The notes beneath the pieces are model-generated. The model ran no database searches, had not been told where the DNA came from, and saw only the letters and a list, made by a program, of their open reading frames with translations. DNA of 54,353 bases from NCBI GenBank assembly GCA_041302745.1, contig JBFYQP010000125.1, forward strand, positions 1 through 54,353, given 5' to 3'. Shown one piece after another: positions 33,747 through 42,536 of this stretch; position 1 is the stretch's first letter; each line of letters starts with the position of its first letter. Both the position numbers and the translations under genes were made by a program. The stretch comes from Candidatus Bipolaricaulota bacterium (GTDB lineage: Bacteria; Bipolaricaulota; Bipolaricaulia; UBA7950; UBA9294).

Positions 33747-34624
33747 TGCAGCAGCTGATCGAAGGCGGGTTCCTCGAGCGGTGGGCGAACCTCCGGTTTG
33801 CCTCGAGGCGCCGCCAGGCCGGCCGCTTCACCGGATCGCACGCCTCACCGCGCGCCGGAATGAGCGTCGAGTTCGCCGACTACCGCGAGTACGTCCCCGG
33901 CGACGACTTCCGCTACGTGGATTGGAACCTCTACGGCCGGCTGGATCGACTCCTCGTCAAGACGTTCGTCCAGGAGGTCGACGTCCCCGTCTACTTCCTC
34001 CTCGACGTCAGCGGATCGATGCGCCTCGGAACCCCGCAGAAGGCGCACTACGGGGCGCAGCTTGTGCTGGCCCTGTCCTACCTAGCGTTGCGAAGCCTCG
34101 ACCGCGTCGGGGTGTTTCCGTTCTCGGACCGCCCGCTTGACTCCGCGCCTCCGCGGCAGGGAATGACCCAGTTCAGCGCCATCCTCCGCTTGCTCTCGGG
34201 CATCGATCCCGACGGACGCACGTCGATCTCGGAGGGCGTCGCCGGGTTCCTTTCCCACACGCGGGAGACCGGCCTCGTCGTTCTCGTCAGCGACTTCCTC
34301 TGCGACGACGACCTTCGCGATCCGCTCGCCCGCCTCCGCCATCGCGGCGACGAGGTCATCGCCATCCAGGTCCTGGACCGGGAAGACATCGACCCCTCCA
34401 TCGCCGGGCAGGTCCACTTCGTCGACGTCGAGACTTCGGATCGGGTGAACCTCGCCGTCGGCTCGAGCACGCTGGATGCCTACCGGAGGCGATTCGAGGG
34501 ATTCCAGACCTCCTTGCGGAACGCGTTCCTCCAACGCGGCATCCCGCTGTTCCTCGCTCCCACGGACAGGCCGCTCGAGACGCTGATTCACCAGGACCTG
34601 CGCGCGGGAGGCATTCTCGAATGA
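33746..34624 (+). CDS. DUF58 protein (vWA-like partner of MoxR)
   Basis: 1-nt overlap with moxR. G..VEFADYREYVPGDDFRYVDWNLYGR...YFLLDVSGSM is the DUF58 signature. Confidence 0.9.
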   Translation: MQQLIEGGFLERWANLRFASRRRQAGRFTGSHASPRAGMSVEFADYREYVPGDDFRYVDWNLYGRLDRLLVKTFVQEVDVPVYFLLDVSGSMRLGTPQKAHYGAQLVLALSYLALRSLDRVGVFPFSDRPLDSAPPRQGMTQFSAILRLLSGIDPDGRTSISEGVAGFLSHTRETGLVVLVSDFLCDDDLRDPLARLRHRGDEVIAIQVLDREDIDPSIAGQVHFVDVETSDRVNLAVGSSTLDAYRRRFEGFQTSLRNAFLQRGIPLFLAPTDRPLETLIHQDLRAGGILE

Positions 34625-36444
34625 CCTTCGCCCATCCGGCGGCTCTCGCCCTCCTCTCGGCTTGGCTGCTTGTCGTCCTCTTTGCGGTCCTCCGCACCCG
34701 CCAGCGTCGCCGCGAGGTTGGAGCCCTCTTTCTGTGGCGGGACCTCCACGACTCCCCCGCCGCACGAACGCGGAACCTCCGGCTCCTCCTTGACCCGCTC
34801 CTTCTTGTGCAGCTCGCCTGCGTTCTGGTCTTCTCGTTGGCGCTCGCGCAGCCGGAGTGGGCAACCCGTCGCCCCGGCCCGATCCGCCTCGCCGTCGTGA
34901 TGGACGGCAGCGCGAGCATGCGGACGACCGCGGGCGGCGGGCGCACCCGCTACGCCGACGCCGTCGATCGCGCGCTCGGACTCCTGGCGGACACCTCCGC
35001 CCGATCCGTGGCCGTGGTCCAGTGGACGACGGCGCCCGTCGTCCTCGCTGCCGACGGGTCGACCGTCGCGCAGGGCCGATCCGCTCTGCGCGAGTCGTCC
35101 CCGACGTGGCTCGGCGACGGGACGGACGCCGACCTTGCCCGCGCCGTCTCCGCCGTCGGCGGGCCCACTCACTTCGAACGGATCGTCGTCCTCAGCGACC
35201 ACCCCCTTGCGTCGCCGCCTTTCCCTGTGGAGACCCTCCTGATCTCCGGAGGAGAGAACGTCGCCATCACCGCATTCACCGTGCGCCCCAACGTTCTGGG
35301 CGCCGGAGTCAGCGCGTTCGTCGAACTCCGCAACGACACGGCCGGCTTTCTGGACGCGAGACTCCTCGTCGGCGACGAGTTCCACAGAACCAGCCTCGAT
35401 GCGTTCCTCGAGCCCGGCGAGACGGCTCCGGTTGTCGTCCCGTTCCCCGGAGCCCGCGGATCCCGCTTCACGGCCGCCCTCGACGTGACGGACGACTATG
35501 CCGGCGACAACATCCGGTACTTCTCGCTCGAGCGCTCGATCGTCCTCCGCGTGCGCTGGCTCGGCGCCGAGAACCGGTTCCTGTCCGCTGCGCTCGATTC
35601 CGTACTTCCGATCGTGCGGGTCGAGGAAGGCGAGCCGGCGGATCTCACGGTCGCCTCCGACACCACGCTGCCGGCGCTTCCGCCCGGCCATGCGCTCCTC
35701 GTCCACACAAACGTTCAGGGAGTCGTGGCGCTCAGTGCTACGGAGTCGTCCCGCGGCACGGCGAGCGCATGGATCCCGGACCACGCCCTTCTTGCCGGCG
35801 TTCGCGCCGAGGACGTCTTCGTCGATCGCATGCCGGCCGTCACCGTCTCCGCGCCGGCCAACACGATCCTCGGCGTCGGCACGACGCCTCTTCTGTTCGA
35901 GGTTCCCGACCCCGATCGGTCGATCCTTGTTCTCACCGCCGACCTGTCGGCCACGAACCTTCCGATCACCGTCGACTTCCCGCTCATGATCCGGACGTTC
36001 GTGTCGTCTCTCGTCCGCGCCGACGCCAGCCTGGTTCCCGAGTGGCTTCACGTCGGCGACGCAATTCCCCTCGTCCGCTCGGGGTCGACGGTCGCCGTCG
36101 GGTCGACGGCCGCCGTCCTCGCCCCCGACGGCAAGCCCATCCCGCTCGCCGCCGGGCAACGCGCGTTCTTTCCCGACGCGCCCGGGGAGTACACGCTGGT
36201 CGTCGGGGAGGAGCGCTATCCGGTCTCGGTGAACGTTCCCCCCAGCGAGTCCCTGTCCGCGCCTGACGAACCCGCTGCGCCGATCGAACCCCCTGGCGCG
36301 GCACGGCCTCGGGAGTCGTCGTCCGCCGCGGCACGCCAGACCGCGGCACTCTGGCCGGTCCTCGCCGGAATCGCGTGCGTCCTCTTGGTGCTCGAGCTCG
36401 CCCTGACACGACGCCGGGCCCAGGACTCCGGGAGGTCCCCTTGA
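34621..36444 (+). CDS. BatA-like membrane protein: aerotolerance-regulator N-terminal TM domain + vWA + C-terminal TM anchor
   Basis: ATGA overlap. FAHPAALALLSAWLLVVLF...FLW is BatA_N-like. MIDAS VVMDGSASM. C-terminal LWPVLAGIACVLLVLELAL. Confidence 0.8.
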   Translation: MTFAHPAALALLSAWLLVVLFAVLRTRQRRREVGALFLWRDLHDSPAARTRNLRLLLDPLLLVQLACVLVFSLALAQPEWATRRPGPIRLAVVMDGSASMRTTAGGGRTRYADAVDRALGLLADTSARSVAVVQWTTAPVVLAADGSTVAQGRSALRESSPTWLGDGTDADLARAVSAVGGPTHFERIVVLSDHPLASPPFPVETLLISGGENVAITAFTVRPNVLGAGVSAFVELRNDTAGFLDARLLVGDEFHRTSLDAFLEPGETAPVVVPFPGARGSRFTAALDVTDDYAGDNIRYFSLERSIVLRVRWLGAENRFLSAALDSVLPIVRVEEGEPADLTVASDTTLPALPPGHALLVHTNVQGVVALSATESSRGTASAWIPDHALLAGVRAEDVFVDRMPAVTVSAPANTILGVGTTPLLFEVPDPDRSILVLTADLSATNLPITVDFPLMIRTFVSSLVRADASLVPEWLHVGDAIPLVRSGSTVAVGSTAAVLAPDGKPIPLAAGQRAFFPDAPGEYTLVVGEERYPVSVNVPPSESLSAPDEPAAPIEPPGAARPRESSSAAARQTAALWPVLAGIACVLLVLELALTRRRAQDSGRSP

Positions 36445-38957
36445 TCCGCTTTGGGCTTCCCGTCGCGCTGGCCGCCCTGCCGGCCCTCGCCCTCGTCCTC
36501 GTCCTCCTGCGCCGCGGCTCCACGCGACGCGACGTCCTTCGCTACGCCGCCCTTGCCCTCGTGGCGCTCGCGTTGGCCGACCCGCGGCTCTCCGTCCGCG
36601 ACGCGCGCAACAACGTGGTCTTCGTCGTCGACCGCTCGGCGAGCGTGACGCGGTCGACCGGCGATCGCGACGTACGAAGCGCGATCGACGCCGTTGTCGC
36701 CGATCACCCGGAGTGGAGCTACGGAGTCGTCAGCTTCGCCCGCACGTCCGACGTCGACACTCCGCTCGGCGGGACGCCCGCGGCCTCCGCCATCCGGCCG
36801 GATCCGACCGGATCCGACGTCGTCGGCGGCGTCCGCCTCGCGCTCTCCCTCGTGCCGCCGGGGGGAGCAAATCAGCTCGTGATTCTGAGCGACGGCCGCT
36901 TCTCGTCCGACCCGATCGCCGCCGTCACGGCGGCACAGCTCGCCTCCGTGCCCGTCAGTGCGATCCCCCTCGGCGGACCGCGCCCCGATGACGCCCGCCT
37001 CTCCGGATTCGAAGGACCCCAAGAGGTCTCCGTCGGCCGACCCGCAGCCTTCGTCGCCCGCGTCGCAAGCGACGCTCCGGGGCAAGCGACGCTCGCCCTC
37101 TACCGCGGCGGACGGCTCGTCGAAGCTCGGGACGTAGAGCTGTCCGGCTCTCTCGACTCCTTCGCCTTCTCGGACGCGACCGCCGAGCCCGGGTTCTACG
37201 AGTACCGTGTCGTCGTCAAGCGGGAAGGGGATTCCGTTCCCGAGAACGACGCTCGCTCCCTCATCGTGCGCACGATCGATCACCCGTCGGTTCTTCTGGT
37301 CGATGTTCGCGGCGACTCCGCGCTCCCCGAGCTTCTCCGCTCGGTCGGCGTCGACTTCGTCCGTGCGCCGTCGATTCCGCCGCTGGCCGAGCTTTCCGAC
37401 TACCGACAAGTGATCTATGCCGGCCAAGCGCTTCAGGACCTCACCGGCCGCCAAGTCGACGACCTCACCCAGTTCGTTCGGAACCTCGGCGGCGGGCTGC
37501 TCGTTGTCCAGGGCGATCGAGAGGTTCGCGGGTTCGAGGCCGGCCCGATCGAGTCCCTGCTCCCGGTGTCCTTCTCCGTGCCGGAGAAGGGTCGCTCTCC
37601 GAGCATGGCCATCGTGTATCTCCTCGACCGCTCCTCGAGCATGAAGGAGATGGCCGGTGACCGCGTCAAGATCAAAGTGCTCCGAGAAGCCACGGTCGCG
37701 AGCCTGCTTCTGCTTCCGAGCGACACGCTTGTCGGCATCGTCGCCTTCTACGACCGGTACGACTGGATCTTTCCCCTCCAGCGCCTCGGGGATGGAACCG
37801 GCGCCTACCGCGCGGTGGCCGCACTCGACGCGTATGGCGGGACCGACGTGTACTACCCCCTCGACGATGCCCTCAATCAGCTCATCGCCGCCGATGCCCG
37901 CGTGAAGCACGTCCTCCTCGTTTCCGACGGGCAGACGGCCGAGGCCGGCCGCGACTATCCCCAGCTCCTCCAGAAGCTCGGCGCGCACGCGGACATCACC
38001 CTCTCCGCCATCGCTGTGAGCCGCAACCCGAACGTCCCGTTTCTCCAAAAGCTCGTGGACCAGGGGCGCGGAGCCCTCTACTACGCCTCGGACTTCACGA
38101 CCCTGCCCCAGGTCACCGTCCAGGTCACGCAACGGCTGACCCGCAGTCGATTCATCAACGCCGACACCGCCGTCGAAGTCTCAACGGGCGCGCTGACGGG
38201 CCTCGGCGAGGTTCCCTCGGTGCAGGGCTACGTCCTCACGTACCCCCGCAGCGCGGCATCCACGCTCCTGTGGGCGGGTTCGGACCCGCTCCTCTCCACG
38301 TGGAGGACCGGCCTGGGAAGCGTGACGGTGCTGAACGTCGACCTCGCGGGTGCGTGGTCGCGCGCGTGGTTGGCGTGGAGCGGGATGCCACGCCTCTTCG
38401 CCGACATCCTGGAGACGACGTCGCCGCTCGTGACCGCGACGGCCGGCATCGCGCCCCGCGTCGACGTCCGTCCATCTACGACCACCGTCCTGCTCGACGC
38501 CCACACCCCGGCCGGCGGGTTTGACGACTTCCTCGAGCTTAGCGGAACCCTCGTCCCGACCGAAGAGCGCGTCGACGCGCCGCAGGTCGCCCCCGGCCTG
38601 TACCGATTGCGCTTCCCGACGCCCGCGGAGGGCGCGTACGCGCTTCTCGTGCAGGAACGCGGCGGCGCTCGGTCCCTTTCGGTTCCGTTCTCCGTGCCGT
38701 ACTCGCCCGAGTACGAGGAGTTCGGCATCGACCGCGCGGCCCTCGCCGCACTGGCTCGGGCCACCGGAGGCTCGCTCCTCGACGAAGAGGCCGGCGGGCT
38801 CGAGCCCGTCCGGTCGTCTCGCGCACAGCGCGAGACTCCGCTCTTCCCGGCTCTTCTCGGACTCGCGCTCGGGCTCTTCCTCCTCGACCTAGGAATCCGG
38901 CGACGCGCGGCGGCCCGCGAGCTGAGAGCCGGCGGCTCGCGACGGGCTGCGGATTGA
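36441..38957 (+). CDS. Membrane protein with two vWA domains flanking a GATase1-like insert, C-terminal TM anchor
   Basis: TTGA overlap follows GGGAGG. MIDAS motifs VVDRSAS and LLDRSSSM...GGTD...LVSDGQ. Insert LLVDVRGDS...GGGLLVVQGD. C-terminal LFPALLGLALGLFLLDLGI. Confidence 0.8.
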   Translation: MIRFGLPVALAALPALALVLVLLRRGSTRRDVLRYAALALVALALADPRLSVRDARNNVVFVVDRSASVTRSTGDRDVRSAIDAVVADHPEWSYGVVSFARTSDVDTPLGGTPAASAIRPDPTGSDVVGGVRLALSLVPPGGANQLVILSDGRFSSDPIAAVTAAQLASVPVSAIPLGGPRPDDARLSGFEGPQEVSVGRPAAFVARVASDAPGQATLALYRGGRLVEARDVELSGSLDSFAFSDATAEPGFYEYRVVVKREGDSVPENDARSLIVRTIDHPSVLLVDVRGDSALPELLRSVGVDFVRAPSIPPLAELSDYRQVIYAGQALQDLTGRQVDDLTQFVRNLGGGLLVVQGDREVRGFEAGPIESLLPVSFSVPEKGRSPSMAIVYLLDRSSSMKEMAGDRVKIKVLREATVASLLLLPSDTLVGIVAFYDRYDWIFPLQRLGDGTGAYRAVAALDAYGGTDVYYPLDDALNQLIAADARVKHVLLVSDGQTAEAGRDYPQLLQKLGAHADITLSAIAVSRNPNVPFLQKLVDQGRGALYYASDFTTLPQVTVQVTQRLTRSRFINADTAVEVSTGALTGLGEVPSVQGYVLTYPRSAASTLLWAGSDPLLSTWRTGLGSVTVLNVDLAGAWSRAWLAWSGMPRLFADILETTSPLVTATAGIAPRVDVRPSTTTVLLDAHTPAGGFDDFLELSGTLVPTEERVDAPQVAPGLYRLRFPTPAEGAYALLVQERGGARSLSVPFSVPYSPEYEEFGIDRAALAALARATGGSLLDEEAGGLEPVRSSRAQRETPLFPALLGLALGLFLLDLGIRRRAAARELRAGGSRRAAD

Positions 38958-38982
38958 ACGCTCCAAACGGCATCCCTATAAT
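38954..38982 (+). promoter_or_regulatory. Near-consensus sigma-70 promoter for tRNA-Pro (TTGAAC-17-TATAAT)
   Basis: TTGAAC at 38954-38959 overlaps the vWA stop codon. Exact 17-nt spacer, TATAAT at 38977-38982. The tRNA starts 12 nt downstream. Confidence 0.6.
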
Positions 38983-38993
38983 CCCATCAGGTG

Positions 38994-39067
38994 CGGGGAG
39001 TGGCGCAGCCTGGTAGCGCGCCTGCTTTGGGAGCAGGAAGCCGCTGGTTCAAATCCAGTCTCCCCGA
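38994..39067 (+). tRNA. tRNA-Pro (anticodon TGG)
   Basis: Cloverleaf read by hand: acceptor CGGGGAG/CTCCCCG, D arm GCGC/GCGC, anticodon arm CCTGC-TTTGGGA-GCAGG, T arm GCTGG-TTCAAAT-CCAGT. No encoded CCA. Confidence 0.95.
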
Positions 39068-39091
39068 GTCGATCGAAGGGGGTTCTCTGTC

Positions 39092-40732
39092 GTGACGGAA
39101 TCGTCGCCCCATCTCTCCTTGTACCGCCGGTGGCGGTCGCAGACCTTCGCCGAGGTCGTCGGGCAGGAGGACGTGGTGCGCACCCTGCGCAACGCCGTGG
39201 CCGCCCGCGAGACGGCCCACGCCTACCTCTTCGCCGGAGAGCGGGGCGTCGGCAAGACGTCCGTGGCCCGCATCCTCGCTCGGGCGATCAACTGCCTCGA
39301 GCCTGCGGGAGGCGAGCCGTGCAACGCCTGCGCCAACTGCCGCGCCATCCTCTCGGGGCGCTCCCTGGACATCGTCGAGATCGACGGCGCCTCCAATCGC
39401 GGCATCGACCACATCCGCAAGCTGCGGGAAGAGGTCAACTTCGTCCCCACCGACCTCCGGATGAAGATCTACATCATCGACGAAGTCCACATGCTGACGA
39501 ACGAGGCCTTCAATGCGCTCCTGAAGACCCTCGAGGAGCCGCCGGCCCACGCGGTGTTCGTCTTCGCCACCACGGAGCCCCACAAGCTTCCCCGGACGAT
39601 CGTCTCGCGGTGCCAGGCGTTCGAATTCCGGCGTCTCCCGGTTGACAAGATCCGCGACCACGTCCGCCGCGTCGCCGAGTCGGAGAAGGTCTCGCTCGAC
39701 GATGGCGCCTGCGAGCTGATCGCCCGGCGCGCCAACGGGGGGATGCGGGACGCCCTCGTCATGCTGGAGCAGGCGGCAAGCCATGAGGCCGGGCCGATCA
39801 CGGAGGCCGCCGTCCTCGACATGCTCGGTCTCGCCGGCCGGGACACCCAGGAGGCGTTTGTCCGCGCCCTCGAAGAGGGAGACCGCGGCGCGATCCTCGC
39901 AACGATCGAGACCCTCGTCGAGCGCGGGAAGGACCTCGATCTCTTCCTGGCGGACGCCATCCAGCTCCTCCGAGACCAGGTCCTCCTCGGAGGCGCCGAA
40001 GGACCTCGGGCCGTTCGCGTCGCTCAGGGACTGCTTGACATCAAGACCGACCTCTTCCGAGCTCTGGATCGCCAGGTTCGGCTCGAGATCGGCGCCCTCG
40101 CGCTCGCCGAGTCGCTCGCGCGCCCCGCGCAGAAGCCGACGCCTCGCGAGGCGGACGCCGCCGCCTCGCCGGCCGGCAAGCCCTCCTCGCCCCCTCGCGC
40201 CCGCACGAGCCCGGAGACAGGGCCGGAGCCCGCCGGCACACAGGGCGCCGGAGAGGCCTCTCCGAGGCCCGTCGCCCGCGGAGAATCCGGCACGCAAGAG
40301 ACGCCCGCCCGCAAGGCGGCGCCGAAGTCGGCTCCACGGACGGCGCCCGCCGCCGGGACAGGGAAGAGCGACGGCGCCCCCGGCCTTCCCCCCGAACTCG
40401 AGGCCCGCTGGACCGCCATGCTCGGCGAGGTCGAGAAGGATCGCATCGCCATTGCGGCGTACCTGACCGAGGCGACCCCGTCCATCGACGGCTCCCGCCT
40501 GGTTCTGTCGTTTCACCCCGACCACACCTTCCACAAGGAGAGCCTCGAGAAGCACGAGAACCTCCAGTACCTTGCCGGAACGGTGCGCCGGATCTTCGGA
40601 GACGCATTCCATGTGGAGGTCCAGTACGACGAGGCGGTCGTGCGCAAACCTCTTCCTCGGGACGTGCTCCTTGAGAAGGCCCGGCTGGTCTGCGAAGTGT
40701 TCGACGGGAAGATCGTCAAGGAGGCATTGTGA
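39092..40732 (+). CDS. dnaX: DNA polymerase III subunit gamma/tau
   Basis: YRRWRSQTFAEVVGQE, GERGVGKTS, zinc module CNACANC, IYIIDEVHMLT and SRCQAF. Confidence 0.95.
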   Translation: MTESSPHLSLYRRWRSQTFAEVVGQEDVVRTLRNAVAARETAHAYLFAGERGVGKTSVARILARAINCLEPAGGEPCNACANCRAILSGRSLDIVEIDGASNRGIDHIRKLREEVNFVPTDLRMKIYIIDEVHMLTNEAFNALLKTLEEPPAHAVFVFATTEPHKLPRTIVSRCQAFEFRRLPVDKIRDHVRRVAESEKVSLDDGACELIARRANGGMRDALVMLEQAASHEAGPITEAAVLDMLGLAGRDTQEAFVRALEEGDRGAILATIETLVERGKDLDLFLADAIQLLRDQVLLGGAEGPRAVRVAQGLLDIKTDLFRALDRQVRLEIGALALAESLARPAQKPTPREADAAASPAGKPSSPPRARTSPETGPEPAGTQGAGEASPRPVARGESGTQETPARKAAPKSAPRTAPAAGTGKSDGAPGLPPELEARWTAMLGEVEKDRIAIAAYLTEATPSIDGSRLVLSFHPDHTFHKESLEKHENLQYLAGTVRRIFGDAFHVEVQYDEAVVRKPLPRDVLLEKARLVCEVFDGKIVKEAL

Positions 40733-41067
40733 AAGGAATGGGCAACCTGGCCAACCTCGGGAACCTCATGAAGCAGGCCAAGAAGCTCCAGGAGGACCTC
40801 GAGCGCGCCCAGGCTGAGATCGCTCAGTTGAAGGTGGAGGCAACCGCCGGAGGCGGGATGGTGACCGCCACAGTGAACGGCCGCGGGGAGCTGCAGAGGC
40901 TCAAGCTCGAGAGGGAGATCGTCAACCCCGAAGACATCGAGATGCTCGTCGATCTCGTCGTGGCCGCCGTCCAGGAGGCGCAGCGAAAGGCCCAGGAGGC
41001 CACCCAGGAGAAGCTCGGGCCCCTCACCCAAGGCATGGGCGGAATGCCGGGAATGCTCGGTCTCTAG
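40729..41067 (+). CDS. ybaB: Nucleoid-associated protein YbaB/EbfC
   Basis: GTGA overlap with dnaX. MGNLANLGNLMKQAKKLQEDLERAQAE...GGGMVTATVNGRGEL. Confidence 0.9.
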   Translation: MKGMGNLANLGNLMKQAKKLQEDLERAQAEIAQLKVEATAGGGMVTATVNGRGELQRLKLEREIVNPEDIEMLVDLVVAAVQEAQRKAQEATQEKLGPLTQGMGGMPGMLGL

Positions 41068-41144
41068 GGGACAAGCGTCTCTTGCGCGGCCCCCCCGCCG
41101 CCCCGTATAGTCGGCAGGAGACCGATCGCATCGCGAGGGGGGCC

Positions 41145-41852
41145 GTGCTCAACGAAGTCCAACAGCTGCTCAACGTCCAGCGCGCCGACCAAGCGCTCCA
41201 CGAAGCCTCCTCACACGTTGACCACCTTCGTCTCCATCGTCAGCAGCTCGAGGCGCGCATCGAACAGGAGCGCGCCCACGTCTCGTCCCTCGCCGATCGC
41301 CTCCGGCAGCTGGAGGTCGAAAGCCACGCCAAGAACCTCGAGGTCGACGACCTCGACATGAACATCCGCGGCTACCGGAAGCGCCTGGACGAGGGAATCA
41401 TCTCGTTCAAGGAGATGGAGGACCTGCGGACCAAGATCGACATGGAGAAGGGGCGCATCAACCGGCTCGAGGACGAGGCTTTCGAGCGGATGGACTCCGT
41501 CGAGGGCGCCCGCGGCGCTCTCGCCGTCGCGCGGTCCGAGCTCGGCGGGAAGGAGGACGCCCTGCGGGCTCAGATCCAGGACGTCGACCGCCAGATCGAG
41601 GCGGCCGTCGCGCAGGTCACCGCCGTCACGGCCGAGCGGGCGGGGCTCGTCGCCGCGGCGCCCCCCTACCTCTTCGCTCAGTACGAGGCCCTGCGCGCCA
41701 AGTTTCCGAACCCCATCGCCGTCTTGGATCACGGAACCTGCGGCGGCTGCAAGCTCCGTGTGAGCGGCAACACGGCGGAGCGGGTGCGCGGAGGCATGGG
41801 AATCGTCACGTGCGAACACTGCTCACGCGTACTCTACCTCTCCTCGGACTGA
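41145..41852 (+). CDS. COG1579-type coiled-coil protein with C-terminal C4 zinc ribbon
   Basis: GTG follows GAGGGGGG. Long coiled coil, then CGGCKLRV...CEHCSRVLY. Confidence 0.8.
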   Translation: MLNEVQQLLNVQRADQALHEASSHVDHLRLHRQQLEARIEQERAHVSSLADRLRQLEVESHAKNLEVDDLDMNIRGYRKRLDEGIISFKEMEDLRTKIDMEKGRINRLEDEAFERMDSVEGARGALAVARSELGGKEDALRAQIQDVDRQIEAAVAQVTAVTAERAGLVAAAPPYLFAQYEALRAKFPNPIAVLDHGTCGGCKLRVSGNTAERVRGGMGIVTCEHCSRVLYLSSD

Positions 41853-42535
41853 TCCTGGCCGCTCTCTCCACGTCTTCCGTCGCCCAGAGCGGACTGCCGC
41901 GCCCGATCGGGCAGCTCTCGGACTACGGCGCGGTGCTCGACCGAAGCGGACGCGAGGAGATCAACGCCCGCATCGCGCGCACCGAGAAGACTCTGGGCGT
42001 CAAGGTCTACATCCTCGCAAGCTGGGAGAGCCCGCAGCCGGACGTCGAGAGCTTCGCCGGCGCGGTCTTCTCTGCGTGGGGCCTCGGATCGAGTCGATCG
42101 CTTCTCGCCGTCTTTCTGCGGACCGGCGGGGAGTGGTCGGCGAGCGTCGTCGCGAGCGCCGCGGTTCGGACGCAATATGGGGCGCTCGCCGACAGCCTCG
42201 AGCGCCGAATGGCCGACCTCATGCTGCACAAGCGCGTCGAGGAGGCGATGCTTGCCCTGTTTGACGGGTTGGACGAAATCAAGCGCCCGGCGAAGGAGCC
42301 CCGAGCGAAGGCAACAACCCAGAGAAAGGCAGGTTCCGCCTCATCGCGCGGCCTCTCCCCGGTCGTATCCATCCTCCTCGTCATCGCCGGCGCCGCGGCC
42401 CTTGTCCTCCTCATCCACCGTCGCGTCTGTCCGCGGTGCGGCTTCTTCCTCCGCGCGGCCCGTCCGCGAGGCTTCTCCCGGACGCGGAGCAAGGTATACT
42501 CCTGCAGCCGTTGCGGCTTTCGTCGTCAACGCTAG
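41810..42535 (+). CDS. TPM-domain (YgcG/TLP18.3-like) protein with TM helix and C-terminal CxxC...CxxC tail
   Basis: Signal peptide; VLDRSGREEINARIARTEKTLGVKVYIL...SLLAVFLRTG is TPM-like; TM VVSILLVIAGAAALVLLI; CPRCGF...CSRCGF. Overlaps the upstream gene by 43 nt. Confidence 0.75.
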   Translation: MRTLLTRTLPLLGLILAALSTSSVAQSGLPRPIGQLSDYGAVLDRSGREEINARIARTEKTLGVKVYILASWESPQPDVESFAGAVFSAWGLGSSRSLLAVFLRTGGEWSASVVASAAVRTQYGALADSLERRMADLMLHKRVEEAMLALFDGLDEIKRPAKEPRAKATTQRKAGSASSRGLSPVVSILLVIAGAAALVLLIHRRVCPRCGFFLRAARPRGFSRTRSKVYSCSRCGFRRQR

Positions 42536-42536
42536 C

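Noticed and set aside
34588-38132. Long minus-strand ORFs of 523 aa and 638 aa (34588-36159, 36216-38132)
   Set aside because: They are antisense to the BatA-like and double-vWA genes, which carry clear MIDAS and TM motifs. Their composition is dominated by Arg/Gly/Asp/Glu, and I recognise no motifs.
28296-39067. Genomic island bounded by the recombinase and tRNA-Pro
   Set aside because: The tRNA 3' end faces away from the segment, toward dnaX. I could find no copy of the tRNA 3' end near 28.0-28.3 kb. Composition looks the same as the flanks, and the cargo is a coupled MoxR operon rather than mobile-element genes. I cannot exclude an ancient event without comparative data.
38958-39091. SRP (4.5S) RNA, which often precedes dnaX
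   Set aside because: The gaps on either side of tRNA-Pro are only ~36 and ~24 nt, too short, and no GGAA/AGCA SRP domain IV motif is present.
38987-40612. 541-aa minus-strand ORF
   Set aside because: It runs antisense across tRNA-Pro and dnaX, both unambiguous. Shadow frame.
39092-40732. Programmed -1 frameshift or transcriptional slippage site in dnaX (gamma versus tau)
   Set aside because: I saw no A-rich slippery heptamer (A AAA AAG) or long homopolymeric A run in the gene, only short C runs in the low-complexity linker.
41068-41852. recR expected after dnaX-ybaB
   Set aside because: The downstream ORF is a COG1579 coiled-coil/zinc-ribbon protein. It is not RecR: it lacks a Toprim domain and the RecR-type C4 plus helix-hairpin-helix layout. 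This is noted only as a synteny difference.
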